A DNA stretch of 64,000 nucleotides from a virus: IMG/VR virus record IMGVR_UViG_3300025101_000019, positions 1 to 64,000 of that record. The stretch is one strand, 5' to 3'. Positions 1-9,000 of the stretch are shown in pieces. Below the pieces are notes generated by a model. The model was not told the origin of the DNA. It was given only the letters and a program-made list of their open reading frames with translations, and did not search any database. Position 1 is the first letter of the stretch; every line of letters starts with the position of its first letter. The translations under genes were made by a program, and so were the position numbers.

Positions 1-2186
1 CCTTGAGCACCTTGAGAACCTTTTGGCCCTTGAGCACCTTGAGCACCCGTAGGACTTGCACCTTGAGCACCTTGGTCACCTTGAGGACCTTGTGCACCTT
101 GGTCACCCTTTGGACTCGACCCTTGTGCACCTGTGTCACCTTGAGGACCTTGTGCACCTTGTGCGCCAGTTGGACTGGCTCCTTGAGCACCTTGAGAACC
201 TTTTGGCCCTTGAGCACCTTGTGCACCAGTTGGACTTGCACCTTGAGCACCTTGTGAACCTTTTGGCCCTTGAGCCCCTGTATCACCTTTAGGACTAGCA
301 CCTTGAGCACCTTGGTCACCTTGAGGACCTTGTGCACCTTGAGCGCCAGTTGGACTTGCACCTTGAGCACCTTGAGAACCTTTTGGCCCTTGAGCACCTT
401 GTGCGCCAGTTGGACTGGCTCCTTGTGCACCTACATCACCTTTAGGACCTTGTGCACCTGTATCACCTTTAGGACTTGAACCTTGAGCACCTTGAGCACC
501 TACATCACCTTTAGGACCTTGAGCTCCCGTAGGACTAGCACCTTGAGCACCTTGAGAACCTTTTGGCCCTTGAGCACCTTGAGCACCCGTAGGACTGGCT
601 CCTTGTGCACCTGTATCACCTTTTGGCCCTTGTGCACCTGTATCACCTTTAGGACTTGAACCTTGAGCACCTTGAGCACCTTGGTCACCTTTAGGACCTT
701 GTGCTCCAGTTGGACTGGCTCCTTGAGCACCTTGTGAACCTTTTGGCCCTTGAGCACCTTGAGCACCTTGAGGACTTGCACCTTGTGCACCTGTACTTCC
801 TTTAGGACCTTGAGCACCTTGAGCGCCTGTATCACCTTTAGGACTTGCACCTTGAGCACCTTGGTTACCTTGAGGACCTTGTGCACCTTGAGCACCTGTT
901 GGACTGGCTCCTTGAGCTCCTTGAGAACCTTTTGGCCCTTGAGCACCTTGAGCACCCGTAGGACTTGCACCTTGAGCACCTTGTGAACCTTTTGGTCCTT
1001 GTGCACCTTGTGAACCTTTTGGACTAGCTCCTTGAGCACCTTGTGAACCTTTTGGCCCTTGAGCACCTGTATCACCTTTTGGACTTGCACCTTGAGCACC
1101 TTGAGAACCTTTTGGTCCTTGTGCACCTTGAGCGCCAGTTGGACTTGCACCTTGAGCACCTTGAGAACCTTTAGGCCCTTGAGCACCTTGGTCACCTTTA
1201 GGACTGGCTCCTTGAGCACCTTGAGAACCTTTTGGTCCTTGTGCACCTGTATCACCTTTTGGACTTGCACCTTGAGCACCTTGTGAACCTTTTGGCCCTT
1301 GAGCACCTTGAGCACCTGTTGGACTGGCTCCTTGAGCACCTTGAGAACCTTTCGGCCCTTGAGCACCTTGAGCGCCAGTTGGACTTGAACCTTGTGCACC
1401 TTGTGAACCTTTCGGCCCTTGAGCACCTGTACTTCCTTTTGGACTTGCACCTTGAGCACCTTGTGCACCTTGATTTCCTTGAGCACCTTGAGCACCTGTT
1501 GGACTGGCTCCTTGAGCACCTTGAGAACCTTTCGGCCCTTGAGCACCTTGAGCACCCGTAGGACTTGCACCTTGAGCACCTGTACTTCCTTTCGGCCCTT
1601 GAGCACCTGTATCACCTTTTGGACTTGCACCTTGAGCACCTGTACTTCCTTTTGGCCCTTGTGCACCTTGTGCACCTGTTGGACTGGCTCCTTGAGCACC
1701 TGTACTTCCTTTTGGCCCTTGAGCACCTGTAGCACCTTGTGGACTTGCACCTTGAGCACCCGTACTTCCCTTTGGCCCTTGTGCACCTGTATCACCTTTG
1801 GGACTAGCTCCTTGTGCACCTGTACTTCCTTTTGGCCCTTGAGCACCTTGAGCACCTTGTGGACTTGAACCTTGTGCACCCCCTGCTCCTTTTGGTCCTT
1901 TAGCACCTTGAGCACCTTGTGGACTTGAACCTTGTGCACCTTGTGAACCTTTTGGCCCTTGAGCACCCGTAGGACTTGCACCTTGAGCACCTGTACTTCC
2001 TTTTGGCCCTTGTGCACCTTGTGCGGATGAACCTGAAGTACCTTGAGCACCTTGAGAACCTTTTGGCCCTTGTGCACCTTGAGAACTTGCACCTTGAGCA
2101 CCCGTAGCACCTTTTGAACCTGATGAACCTCCTGAACCTGATGAACCTTTTTGTCCTTTTTGTCCTTTTGCACCTTGAGGACCTGT
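1..2186 (-). repeat. Coding tandem repeat of 51-60 nt: Gly-X-Y collagen with periodic 2-residue interruptions
   Basis: Consecutive 60-nt lines from about 841 to 1920 align with each other. The unit encodes about 6 GXY triplets plus an inserted pair (GAS-PT/PK/PQ-G). Confidence 0.95.
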
Positions 2187-2630
2187 ATTGTGTATTAGTA
2201 ACTCACCTACAAAGTAATTATGGTCTGGTTCTACCTCGATACTTATAAGTTCTATTGGTTTTTCAACTAATTTTACTGAAGTTATCTTTATTCCATTGAA
2301 AAATGGTGTAGTACCACATTTACAATCACCACAACCACATGATTCGTTACCGACTGGTGAAACCCATTCACCATCTTTGTATATTTTTATATCGACAGAA
2401 GTTTTTAGCTCAGTTCCGTCTGAAAGTTTAATTTGTAAGTAGGAGTCGAGAGTTCTTTCCCATTTGGTTACAACCTTATTGTACCTAATAACCCCATTTT
2501 CAACATCATAACCTTTTATATAGTCACCAAGTTCGATATTAGACAAATTGATTGGAACGCCTTGTCTATTATTTACTCGTCCTTTGATGTCTATTAAGGT
2601 ATCTTTATGTAATCCATGTATATGTTCCAT
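1..2630 (-). CDS. Hint-domain plus interrupted-collagen protein (fibre/whisker-like); runs off the window, no stop seen
   Basis: Translated by hand from ATG at 2630: [17 protein letters not shown]...[34 protein letters not shown]...[18 protein letters not shown]. The frame is open to the window edge (at least 876 codons). The track omits it because there is no stop in the window. Confidence 0.9.
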   Translation of the reverse strand, partial: MEHIHGLHKDTLIDIKGRVNNRQGVPINLSNIELGDYIKGYDVENGVIRYNKVVTKWERTLDSYLQIKLSDGTELKTSVDIKIYKDGEWVSPVGNESCGCGDCKCGTTPFFNGIKITSVKLVEKPIELISIEVEPDHNYFVGELLIHNTGPQGAKGQKGQKGSSGSGGSSGSKGATGAQGASSQGAQGPKGSQGAQGTSGSSAQGAQGPKGSTGAQGASPTGAQGPKGSQGAQGSSPQGAQGAKGPKGAGGAQGSSPQGAQGAQGPKGSTGAQGASPKGDTGAQGPKGSTGAQGASPQGATGAQGPKGSTGAQGASPTGAQGAQGPKGSTGAQGASPKGDTGAQGPKGSTGAQGASPTGAQGAQGPKGSQGAQGASPTGAQGAQGNQGAQGAQGASPKGSTGAQGPKGSQGAQGSSPTGAQGAQGPKGSQGAQGASPTGAQGAQGPKGSQGAQGASPKGDTGAQGPKGSQGAQGASPKGDQGAQGPKGSQGAQGASPTGAQGAQGPKGSQGAQGASPKGDTGAQGPKGSQGAQGASPKGSQGAQGPKGSQGAQGASPTGAQGAQGPKGSQGAQGASPTGAQGAQGPQGNQGAQGASPKGDTGAQGAQGPKGSTGAQGASPQGAQGAQGPKGSQGAQGASPTGAQGPKGDQGAQGAQGSSPKGDTGAQGPKGDTGAQGASPTGAQGAQGPKGSQGAQGASPTGAQGPKGDVGAQGAQGSSPKGDTGAQGPKGDVGAQGASPTGAQGAQGPKGSQGAQGASPTGAQGAQGPQGDQGAQGASPKGDTGAQGPKGSQGAQGASPTGAQGAQGPKGSQGAQGASPTGAQGAQGPQGDTGAQGSSPKGDQGAQGPQGDQGAQGASPTGAQGAQGPKGSQGAQ
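2187..2630 (-). other. N-terminal Hint (intein-like) domain lacking the Cys1 nucleophile
   Basis: Block-A-like GLHKDTLI with Gly in place of Cys. Blocks F/G read [18 protein letters not shown] followed by Thr149. No block-B His. Confidence 0.8.
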
Positions 2631-2640
2631 ATTCTACCCT

Positions 2641-3471
2641 TTAACTAACAAAATCAAGTCTTAATATTATTGTGAATCCAAATCCTCTCGACCTTGCAGA
2701 TGCATTTCTATCTACAAATAAGTTTAATCTATCACCACTATCAAATTCATAAGTTGAACCAAAAGTATATGTTGTTGAAACACCTGCGGTTGCTGAAATT
2801 GTTCCAGTTACTTCATTTCCTAAGTTTCCATCTTGATTTTTCCATGTTAACCCAACAGTACCACTCGTTGCAGATTGATGTGGGCTTACAATTACTTGTT
2901 CTACATATCCTTGAGCTGGAACTACATATTGCCAATAACCAGTTTGAACTTCATCATCCATTTGGTTTATATTTGCAAATGGTACATAACCATTTGTTTT
3001 AGCTGCTTTTAGTACCTCACCATTTGTTATAATGATTTGTTTTTCTTTTGATGAATCAAGAGCTCCAAAAACCTCTACACCACTATTACTTGCTCTTAGT
3101 CGTGTTGACCCACCTGTTGTGAGTACTATTGTATCATTTGCACTAAATCCAAGTTTAGTATTTGTATCACCTTTATGTTCAATGAATGTTGGTATTTCTA
3201 TTAGACCAGATGCGGTAATATCAACGGCAGACAAGCTTGATTTACTCGTTAATGTATTATCTACGGTAAAACTCGTAAATCTACCATTGTTAAATGTTAG
3301 TGCATTTGTACCAACCGACCCTATATTGTCGGTTTGTGGGACAATATTCGCTCCTGCGTTAAATTGCCCTTCAAGTTGAAAACCACCTTCGAATAATACA
3401 TCCGATGAGGCGGTTACTTTGTTTAATACGGCATTACTGCCAGAAGTTATTAATTTTTTCCAATTTGGCAT
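2641..3471 (-). CDS. Virion structural/tail-fibre-associated protein
   Basis: 276 aa, beta-rich. N-terminus MPNWKKLITSGS is shared with 3968..5290. GAGG SD upstream. Confidence 0.65.
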   Translation of the reverse strand: MPNWKKLITSGSNAVLNKVTASSDVLFEGGFQLEGQFNAGANIVPQTDNIGSVGTNALTFNNGRFTSFTVDNTLTSKSSLSAVDITASGLIEIPTFIEHKGDTNTKLGFSANDTIVLTTGGSTRLRASNSGVEVFGALDSSKEKQIIITNGEVLKAAKTNGYVPFANINQMDDEVQTGYWQYVVPAQGYVEQVIVSPHQSATSGTVGLTWKNQDGNLGNEVTGTISATAGVSTTYTFGSTYEFDSGDRLNLFVDRNASARSRGFGFTIILRLDFVS

Positions 3472-3488
3472 ATTCTAATCCTCTTTGC

Positions 3489-3539
3489 GGTTGGTAACTC
3501 AACTATTGAGCCCACTTCCCCTTTTCGGGGCCAACAACC
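3489..3539 (-). ncRNA. Candidate structured cis-regulatory RNA (three-way junction) in a 5' UTR
   Basis: Coding strand GGUUGUUGG-CCCC GAAAA GGGG-AAGUG-GGCUCAA UAG UUGAGUU-ACCAACC gives two hairpins closed by a GGUUG/CAACC stem. It is a GC-rich island between a promoter motif and the SD. Confidence 0.5.
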
Positions 3540-3563
3540 AGGTTCTTTAATTTATTCCTTGTA

Positions 3564-3571
3564 TATAAGTA
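3564..3571 (-). promoter_or_regulatory. Putative late promoter (TACTTATA)
   Basis: One of 15 same-orientation, gene-boundary copies of TAYTTATW. Confidence 0.55.
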
Positions 3572-3590
3572 TCAAGAAAAAAAGAAAGAA

Positions 3591-3761
3591 TTACCCTTTT
3601 GACTTTTTTGCTTTAGGAGTTTTGAGTAATTCAATCTCCATTTGAATTTTTTGTTGAAGATTTACCATCATAGATGCTTCAGCACCTGTAATTTGTAGTT
3701 TACTTAGAGCGATTTGAATTATTTTTAAATCTGGCTCTGTTAATCCATCATATTGTTGCAT
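3591..3761 (-). CDS. Small helical protein (56 aa), not in the ORF track
   Basis: MQQYDGLTEPDLKIIQIALSKLQITGAEASMMVNLQQKIQMEIELLKTPKAKKSKG*. It fills the intergenic gap and resembles neighbour 3766..3951. Confidence 0.7.
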   Translation of the reverse strand: MQQYDGLTEPDLKIIQIALSKLQITGAEASMMVNLQQKIQMEIELLKTPKAKKSKG

Positions 3762-3765
3762 AACT

Positions 3766-3951
3766 TTATAATTTATCGTGTTCGTTTTGTAATTTTACTG
3801 CTAATTTATAGATTCGTTCAATATCTCGTCCTTGGAAAGTTCCATTGGATATTAAAAACAAGAGAACCTCAAGCTCATTTTTACTAAGCTTGAGGTTTGT
3901 CTCTTTTTTTTGTGGTTGTGTAGTTTTACTAATGTTTTTGTGATTCGACAT
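3766..3951 (-). CDS. Small hypothetical protein (61 aa), possible fibre chaperone
   Basis: The pattern LSKNELEVLLFLISNGTFQGRD...KLQ parallels 3591..3761. Confidence 0.65.
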   Translation of the reverse strand: MSNHKNISKTTQPQKKETNLKLSKNELEVLLFLISNGTFQGRDIERIYKLAVKLQNEHDKL

Positions 3952-3967
3952 AACTTTTTTTTAATTA

Positions 3968-5290
3968 TTAAGAATAAATCCAAATAGTTTCATCATCAGT
4001 TCTTACATTAATAGTACCTACTCCTTGGAATGTTGGAGCGGTTGTTGGATTTGCACCCGTTGAAGTCTGAATATTACCTAATTTAGAATCTATATCTGCA
4101 GTTGTTGCATTATGTGCTAATTCTTCGACAAATCCGAAGACACCAGTACCTGCGCCAGTTCTTTCCCAATAAATTGCGTTACCTGCTTGTGCAGTACCAC
4201 TTGAACCACCAAATATAATACCAGTATCAGCACCAGTTGAACCAGAATTGATAAGTATGAATTGGTCTTCAACATTTAAGTTAGCTACTTGTAATTCTGT
4301 TCTTGTACCTTCAACAGTTAAATCACCTGTTACTACCATATTTGCAAATTGTACATTAGAATTATTTGCTACACCTTGGTTCATTGCACCTAAGTAACCC
4401 CATTGAGTTGCTGAGATTGTTGTTGTACCGATGTTCTCTAATTGTGCACCTTCGTCTGAAGTTAAGTTACTGATTTCAGTTATTGATGCTGCGGAGATTG
4501 AACCTGAATGTATTCCTGCACCCAATCCTCTAACACCTGCTGCCGTAAGTGTAAATGCGTTTGCACCATCTGCAACATTAATCATTGTTCTAAGGTTAGC
4601 TGGAGTAATTTCTTCAATTACACCTGCACCTGCTGAATCTCTACCTAAGATTCTATTTGTTGCACTTACATTTTGGATTTTAGCGTATGTTACACCATCA
4701 TCTTTAATTCTTAGTGCGTCTGAGTTAATTTCTATTGTATCACTATCAACACCTACTGCTAATGTAATAGTTGTATTACTTCCTGTGTTAGTAGTAAATG
4801 AACCACCACCTGATAAACCATTACCTGCAGTTACTGTGATTGTTGAATCTTGAACACCACCTAATGCAGATACCTGTGCTGATGATGATACAATTCCTGC
4901 ACCTAATGCTCTAATATTTGCTGCTGAAGTTGGATTTGCACCATCTGTAACATTAATCAGTTCTAATACATTTGCTTTAGTTAATGCTGATGGAGCTGCA
5001 GCTCCTCCTGTTATATTACCTAAGATTGTATTGTCTGCAATATTTGCTATTTTTGCGAGTGATACACCACTATCTTTTATACTAATAGTTTTTCCCGCCG
5101 CACCATCATATGTGGTACCCGAGTTAAGTTGGATTGTCGAATTATCTACTGTAAGACTATTTCCAACTTGAGTTGCTGTTGTTGCCGTTGTTGCGTTTCC
5201 GGCTAAATTACCTTTGAATCCTACTGATGCAGAAACTTCGGCTAAACTAGCTATCGAACCCGAGACAATGACTTTTTTCCATGTTGCCAT
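3968..5290 (-). CDS. Virion structural/tail-fibre protein
   Basis: 440 aa, G/S/T/A-rich. Internal duplication IKDSGVSLAKIANI / IKDDGVTYAKIQNV, a fibre-like VTGDLTVEGT segment, and an MATWKKVIVSGS N-terminus. Confidence 0.7.
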   Translation of the reverse strand: MATWKKVIVSGSIASLAEVSASVGFKGNLAGNATTATTATQVGNSLTVDNSTIQLNSGTTYDGAAGKTISIKDSGVSLAKIANIADNTILGNITGGAAAPSALTKANVLELINVTDGANPTSAANIRALGAGIVSSSAQVSALGGVQDSTITVTAGNGLSGGGSFTTNTGSNTTITLAVGVDSDTIEINSDALRIKDDGVTYAKIQNVSATNRILGRDSAGAGVIEEITPANLRTMINVADGANAFTLTAAGVRGLGAGIHSGSISAASITEISNLTSDEGAQLENIGTTTISATQWGYLGAMNQGVANNSNVQFANMVVTGDLTVEGTRTELQVANLNVEDQFILINSGSTGADTGIIFGGSSGTAQAGNAIYWERTGAGTGVFGFVEELAHNATTADIDSKLGNIQTSTGANPTTAPTFQGVGTINVRTDDETIWIYS

Positions 5291-5373
5291 TTTGTTTTCC
5301 CTTTTAATTTATTTTTTAAACATTATGATACACAACCAATGCATCAATAGCGAAACTTCTTAAATCTATATAC

Positions 5374-5381
5374 AATAAATA
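5374..5381 (-). promoter_or_regulatory. Putative late promoter (TATTTATT)
   Basis: Motif copy upstream of 3968..5290. Confidence 0.55.
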
Positions 5382-5396
5382 TAGATTATTTTTTTA

Positions 5397-6059
5397 TTAA
5401 TTACCTATCCCCATATAAAAGTTAGATGCTGAATAAAACATTCCACCTTCTTCATATGTAGGTGTAGAACTTAATTCTTTAAACTTAATTACATTACTAA
5501 CTCTAACGGAACCTGTTATATCTAAATTATTAGTAGTTGATTTGAAAGAACCTGTTGTTGTAAAGATTCCACCAAAACTTGAACCCGTAAAAGTATTCAA
5601 TGCAGCAATACTTGTATTTGCTGAACCTGTAAAGTTATTTAGTGGTGTGATTACACTACTAACACCACCTTTAAATGTAGTTGAGTTAGTATCTAATGTA
5701 ACAGTTGCTGCACCACTTGTTGCACCACCACTTAAACCATTTCCTGCTACTACACTTGTAATATCACCGGCACCACCACCGCCACCACCACTAATACCTA
5801 AATTAGTTGTATGGAATGATGCGGAATCATCCGTTCCATCATAACCCGGCGTAGAAAATGCAACAAACTTTCTTGTAACATATAATTGTTCGGTATGTTC
5901 TACCCAAATTATCTGTCCATCTTTAAGTCTGTCGTGATATATGCCTGTCATGTCTGAAGCAGAGGGTACAGTAGTCCAACCACCTTGTACATATTGTACT
6001 GATGTGAATGAGCCCGAAGCCCCACTTCTTACATAAATATCACCTGCCGTTGTTGCCAT
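5397..6059 (-). CDS. Virion structural protein
   Basis: 220 aa, with GDITSVVAGNGLSGG and LNxFTGS segments shared with neighbouring fibre genes. Confidence 0.65.
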   Translation of the reverse strand: MATTAGDIYVRSGASGSFTSVQYVQGGWTTVPSASDMTGIYHDRLKDGQIIWVEHTEQLYVTRKFVAFSTPGYDGTDDSASFHTTNLGISGGGGGGAGDITSVVAGNGLSGGATSGAATVTLDTNSTTFKGGVSSVITPLNNFTGSANTSIAALNTFTGSSFGGIFTTTGSFKSTTNNLDITGSVRVSNVIKFKELSSTPTYEEGGMFYSASNFYMGIGN

Positions 6060-6076
6060 TTATCTTCTTCCTTTTA

Positions 6077-9000
6077 TTATGGTGCTGACGCTGAGTCAGG
6101 CATTAAATAATATCTTGAGTTATTTGTATTTTCACCTTCTGCAAAAATCATTCCCCATCTTGTATATCCTTCTACTGCATTTTCAGTATTGAAATAATAT
6201 ACACCCGTTCCAATTGTACCAGGTATTGATGCGTCTTTTGCATATACATAGTATTCGTTTGCAGTACCCGTACTATCCGGCGGTACTCCATCATACATAC
6301 TTACAGGTTTACCACCTTGATTCGATGCTGATGGGAATACTACTACTAATCTTTTTGAACCACCACTACTAAAGTTTATATATCCAAAACTTGATAGACC
6401 TGTTGCGTTACTATCTGATAGTGTTGTTTTTGAACTACTTCCAAATAATTGCATTGTACCACCAACATATGTTGGACTGAATGTTGTACCAAGTGAACCA
6501 CTTTGTAATTTTGCAATTACTGAACCTGCTTCGATTCCTACTCCATCACCACCACTATCACCCATAGATGCGATTGCCGCTGCTTCACTTGCCGCAGAAC
6601 CACCATCCCATCCATAAACATATGTCTTAGCTACGGGGTTAAGAATTGTTATACTTCTATTGTAACTTGTTGACTTATCAAAGTTGTCAAATACTGATGC
6701 GCTATAGTTGTAAGTCACACCATTACTAATTGTTCCTACACTTTGTAGTTGATATGATGATGAGTTTGCATTTTGTGGTACAAGTTTTAAATTACCTGCA
6801 TCTGTTCCACCTAATGAAGCTGAGAATGGTGTATCCGATTCTGTATCTGTTATAGTAATCGTTGTAAGATTTGTTGATGCCGCTACTGATGCGGTCATAT
6901 TTGCACCTACTTCATTAAATGTTGCAGTTGGTGCTTGATTTGCGACTACACTTACTGATATACTATCTGAACCTATATTATTAAATTGGTCTTGATATGT
7001 TATAGTTGATGTAATTGTATCACCACTACCTGTACTTGAACCACTTATATTTACACCTATTGTTAGTTTACCATTACTGTTTACTGCTATGGCTGCGTTA
7101 GATGAAGTAAATGCTTGTACTGCTGCGGAATTATATTGAGGTGAATAAGTAACTCCTAAGTCACCTTGTGTTCCCGTTCTACCATCAGCGTTAATTTTTA
7201 TATGTGCTCCACTCTCTGCACTCTCTATTATTCTAAATGTACCATTTGTAGTTAAAGTACCATTTGGTGCTGATGCGATTGTTACACTATGTTTAGTAGT
7301 ACCTACCCTAAATCCATGAGTATCTTTTATAGATGCGGTCATTGGATAAGTAGAACCACTTAAATTATTTTTTGGTTGTACTAAGTAAGTATCACCAGAT
7401 TTGTATGCATTTAATTGACCACTTGGGTCTGTAAAAGTAAATGAACCATGGTTTAGTGAATCACTTTCTGTATCTGTAAATGATATTGTTGTAATTGTAC
7501 TACCACTTCTTGCACCATTTGTATTTAAGTTTGCAGATGTGTTACTGAAACTTGGAACAGGTGCGTTATTGATAACAACTGCTATATTTTGGTTTACATA
7601 TTGTTTAGTTGTTTCAAATCCATGCTCTGATGCGGTTAATTCTACTGCAATTGTACTTCCACTTGAATATGCCGAACCACTTAGGTTACTTGCTAACCTT
7701 AAAGTAGTACTTGAACCTGTTGTTGCAGACAATCCAATTAAATTACCCGTTGATTTGATTTCCCATCGTTGAGATGCGCCTGATGACCATAATCCACTTG
7801 TTCCTGTTCTACCATTTGAACCTATTTTTATTTCATTACCACTTGTTGCGGATTCTATGATATATAAATTGTCCCAATTGTCAGATATTGAACTTGCCGC
7901 GTCATCTGCGATGTTAATTCTGATTAAACCTGTATCAGATGTTGTATTAAATGCGTCTTTTACTGTTACTTGGTAAAAATATCTATTTGCAACATCAGAA
8001 TTTAGATAAACTCCATTCTTTCTTGTTACAACACCTGCAGAACTACATTGGAATGGATTAGAATGTGGGTCATATAGTGAATTACCACCTAAAGATGAGG
8101 TAATATTTGAACCACCATCTAAATTTGCTTCTTTTAATGTAAAATTACTAAATACAATAGTATCACTCGTTGGGTCTGTTGCGGTTATCGTACCAACACT
8201 TGCACCATTACTACTATTTTCATTAATACTACCTAATGTTTGGTCATTTACTGTTGGACTGATGTTATCAACAACTTTTATTTGGAATGGTAAGTATGCA
8301 ATTGCTTCAGTATCATCACCACTTACATAGTGTTCATCACTTGCAGTTAAAACTAACTCATATTTTGGTGTAGTTTCATAATCTAATGATGATGTTGTCT
8401 GATTTAACTGAATATATGTACTTGCTTTAGTAATTGTAAATCCACTTGGGACTGAACCACTACCAATTGTGATTGTATCACTCTCATCATCGGTGAAATA
8501 AACTCTAACTTTGTTACTTGCCGCTACTGAGTTCTCATTTAGTGATTGTGTAAATGTAGTTACCACAGAACCACCGACTGATGTTTGTCTCCACTTCGGT
8601 GGAGTGTTAGGTGTTACCCTAATGTATATTGTTTTTGAACCAACACCTGCGAATGTATCTACTGCCTCTACTAAGAATGGATGTGAACCACTACCTGGTG
8701 TATTATCAGTATTCAATGATGCCGTTGATTTTGTATTTAGTGTTATAGCTCCATTTGATGCTATTCTAAATTTATCTGCCGTATAAGAACTTGCAGTTCT
8801 AAATGTAATCGATTGTCCTTCTGCGTCTGTTGCGCTAACAGTTCCAACAGAAGACCCACTTGCTACAAATTCACCAATTGTAAATCCAGTTGTACTAATT
8901 GATGGTACTGTATTTGGAAAGAATACCTTTTCAACAAAATCTGATAAAGAGGTAGTTGTTCCAAAGTTATTATTGTAAACACCTGATGGTAAGTCTGTAT

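Noticed and set aside
500-2173. 557-aa 'KVLKVHKV' ORF in the track, plus the plus-strand STL/HLEHL ORFs at 3-1868
   Set aside because: These are shadow frames of the collagen repeat. The real frame starts at ATG 2630 and encodes Gly-X-Y.
1-2186. Possible CRISPR array or satellite from the 60-nt periodicity
   Set aside because: There are no unique spacers, variation follows codons, and the region is an open collagen frame.
3489-3539. Hammerhead ribozyme or terminator reading of the leader structure
   Set aside because: It lacks the CUGAUGA core and has no U-tract.
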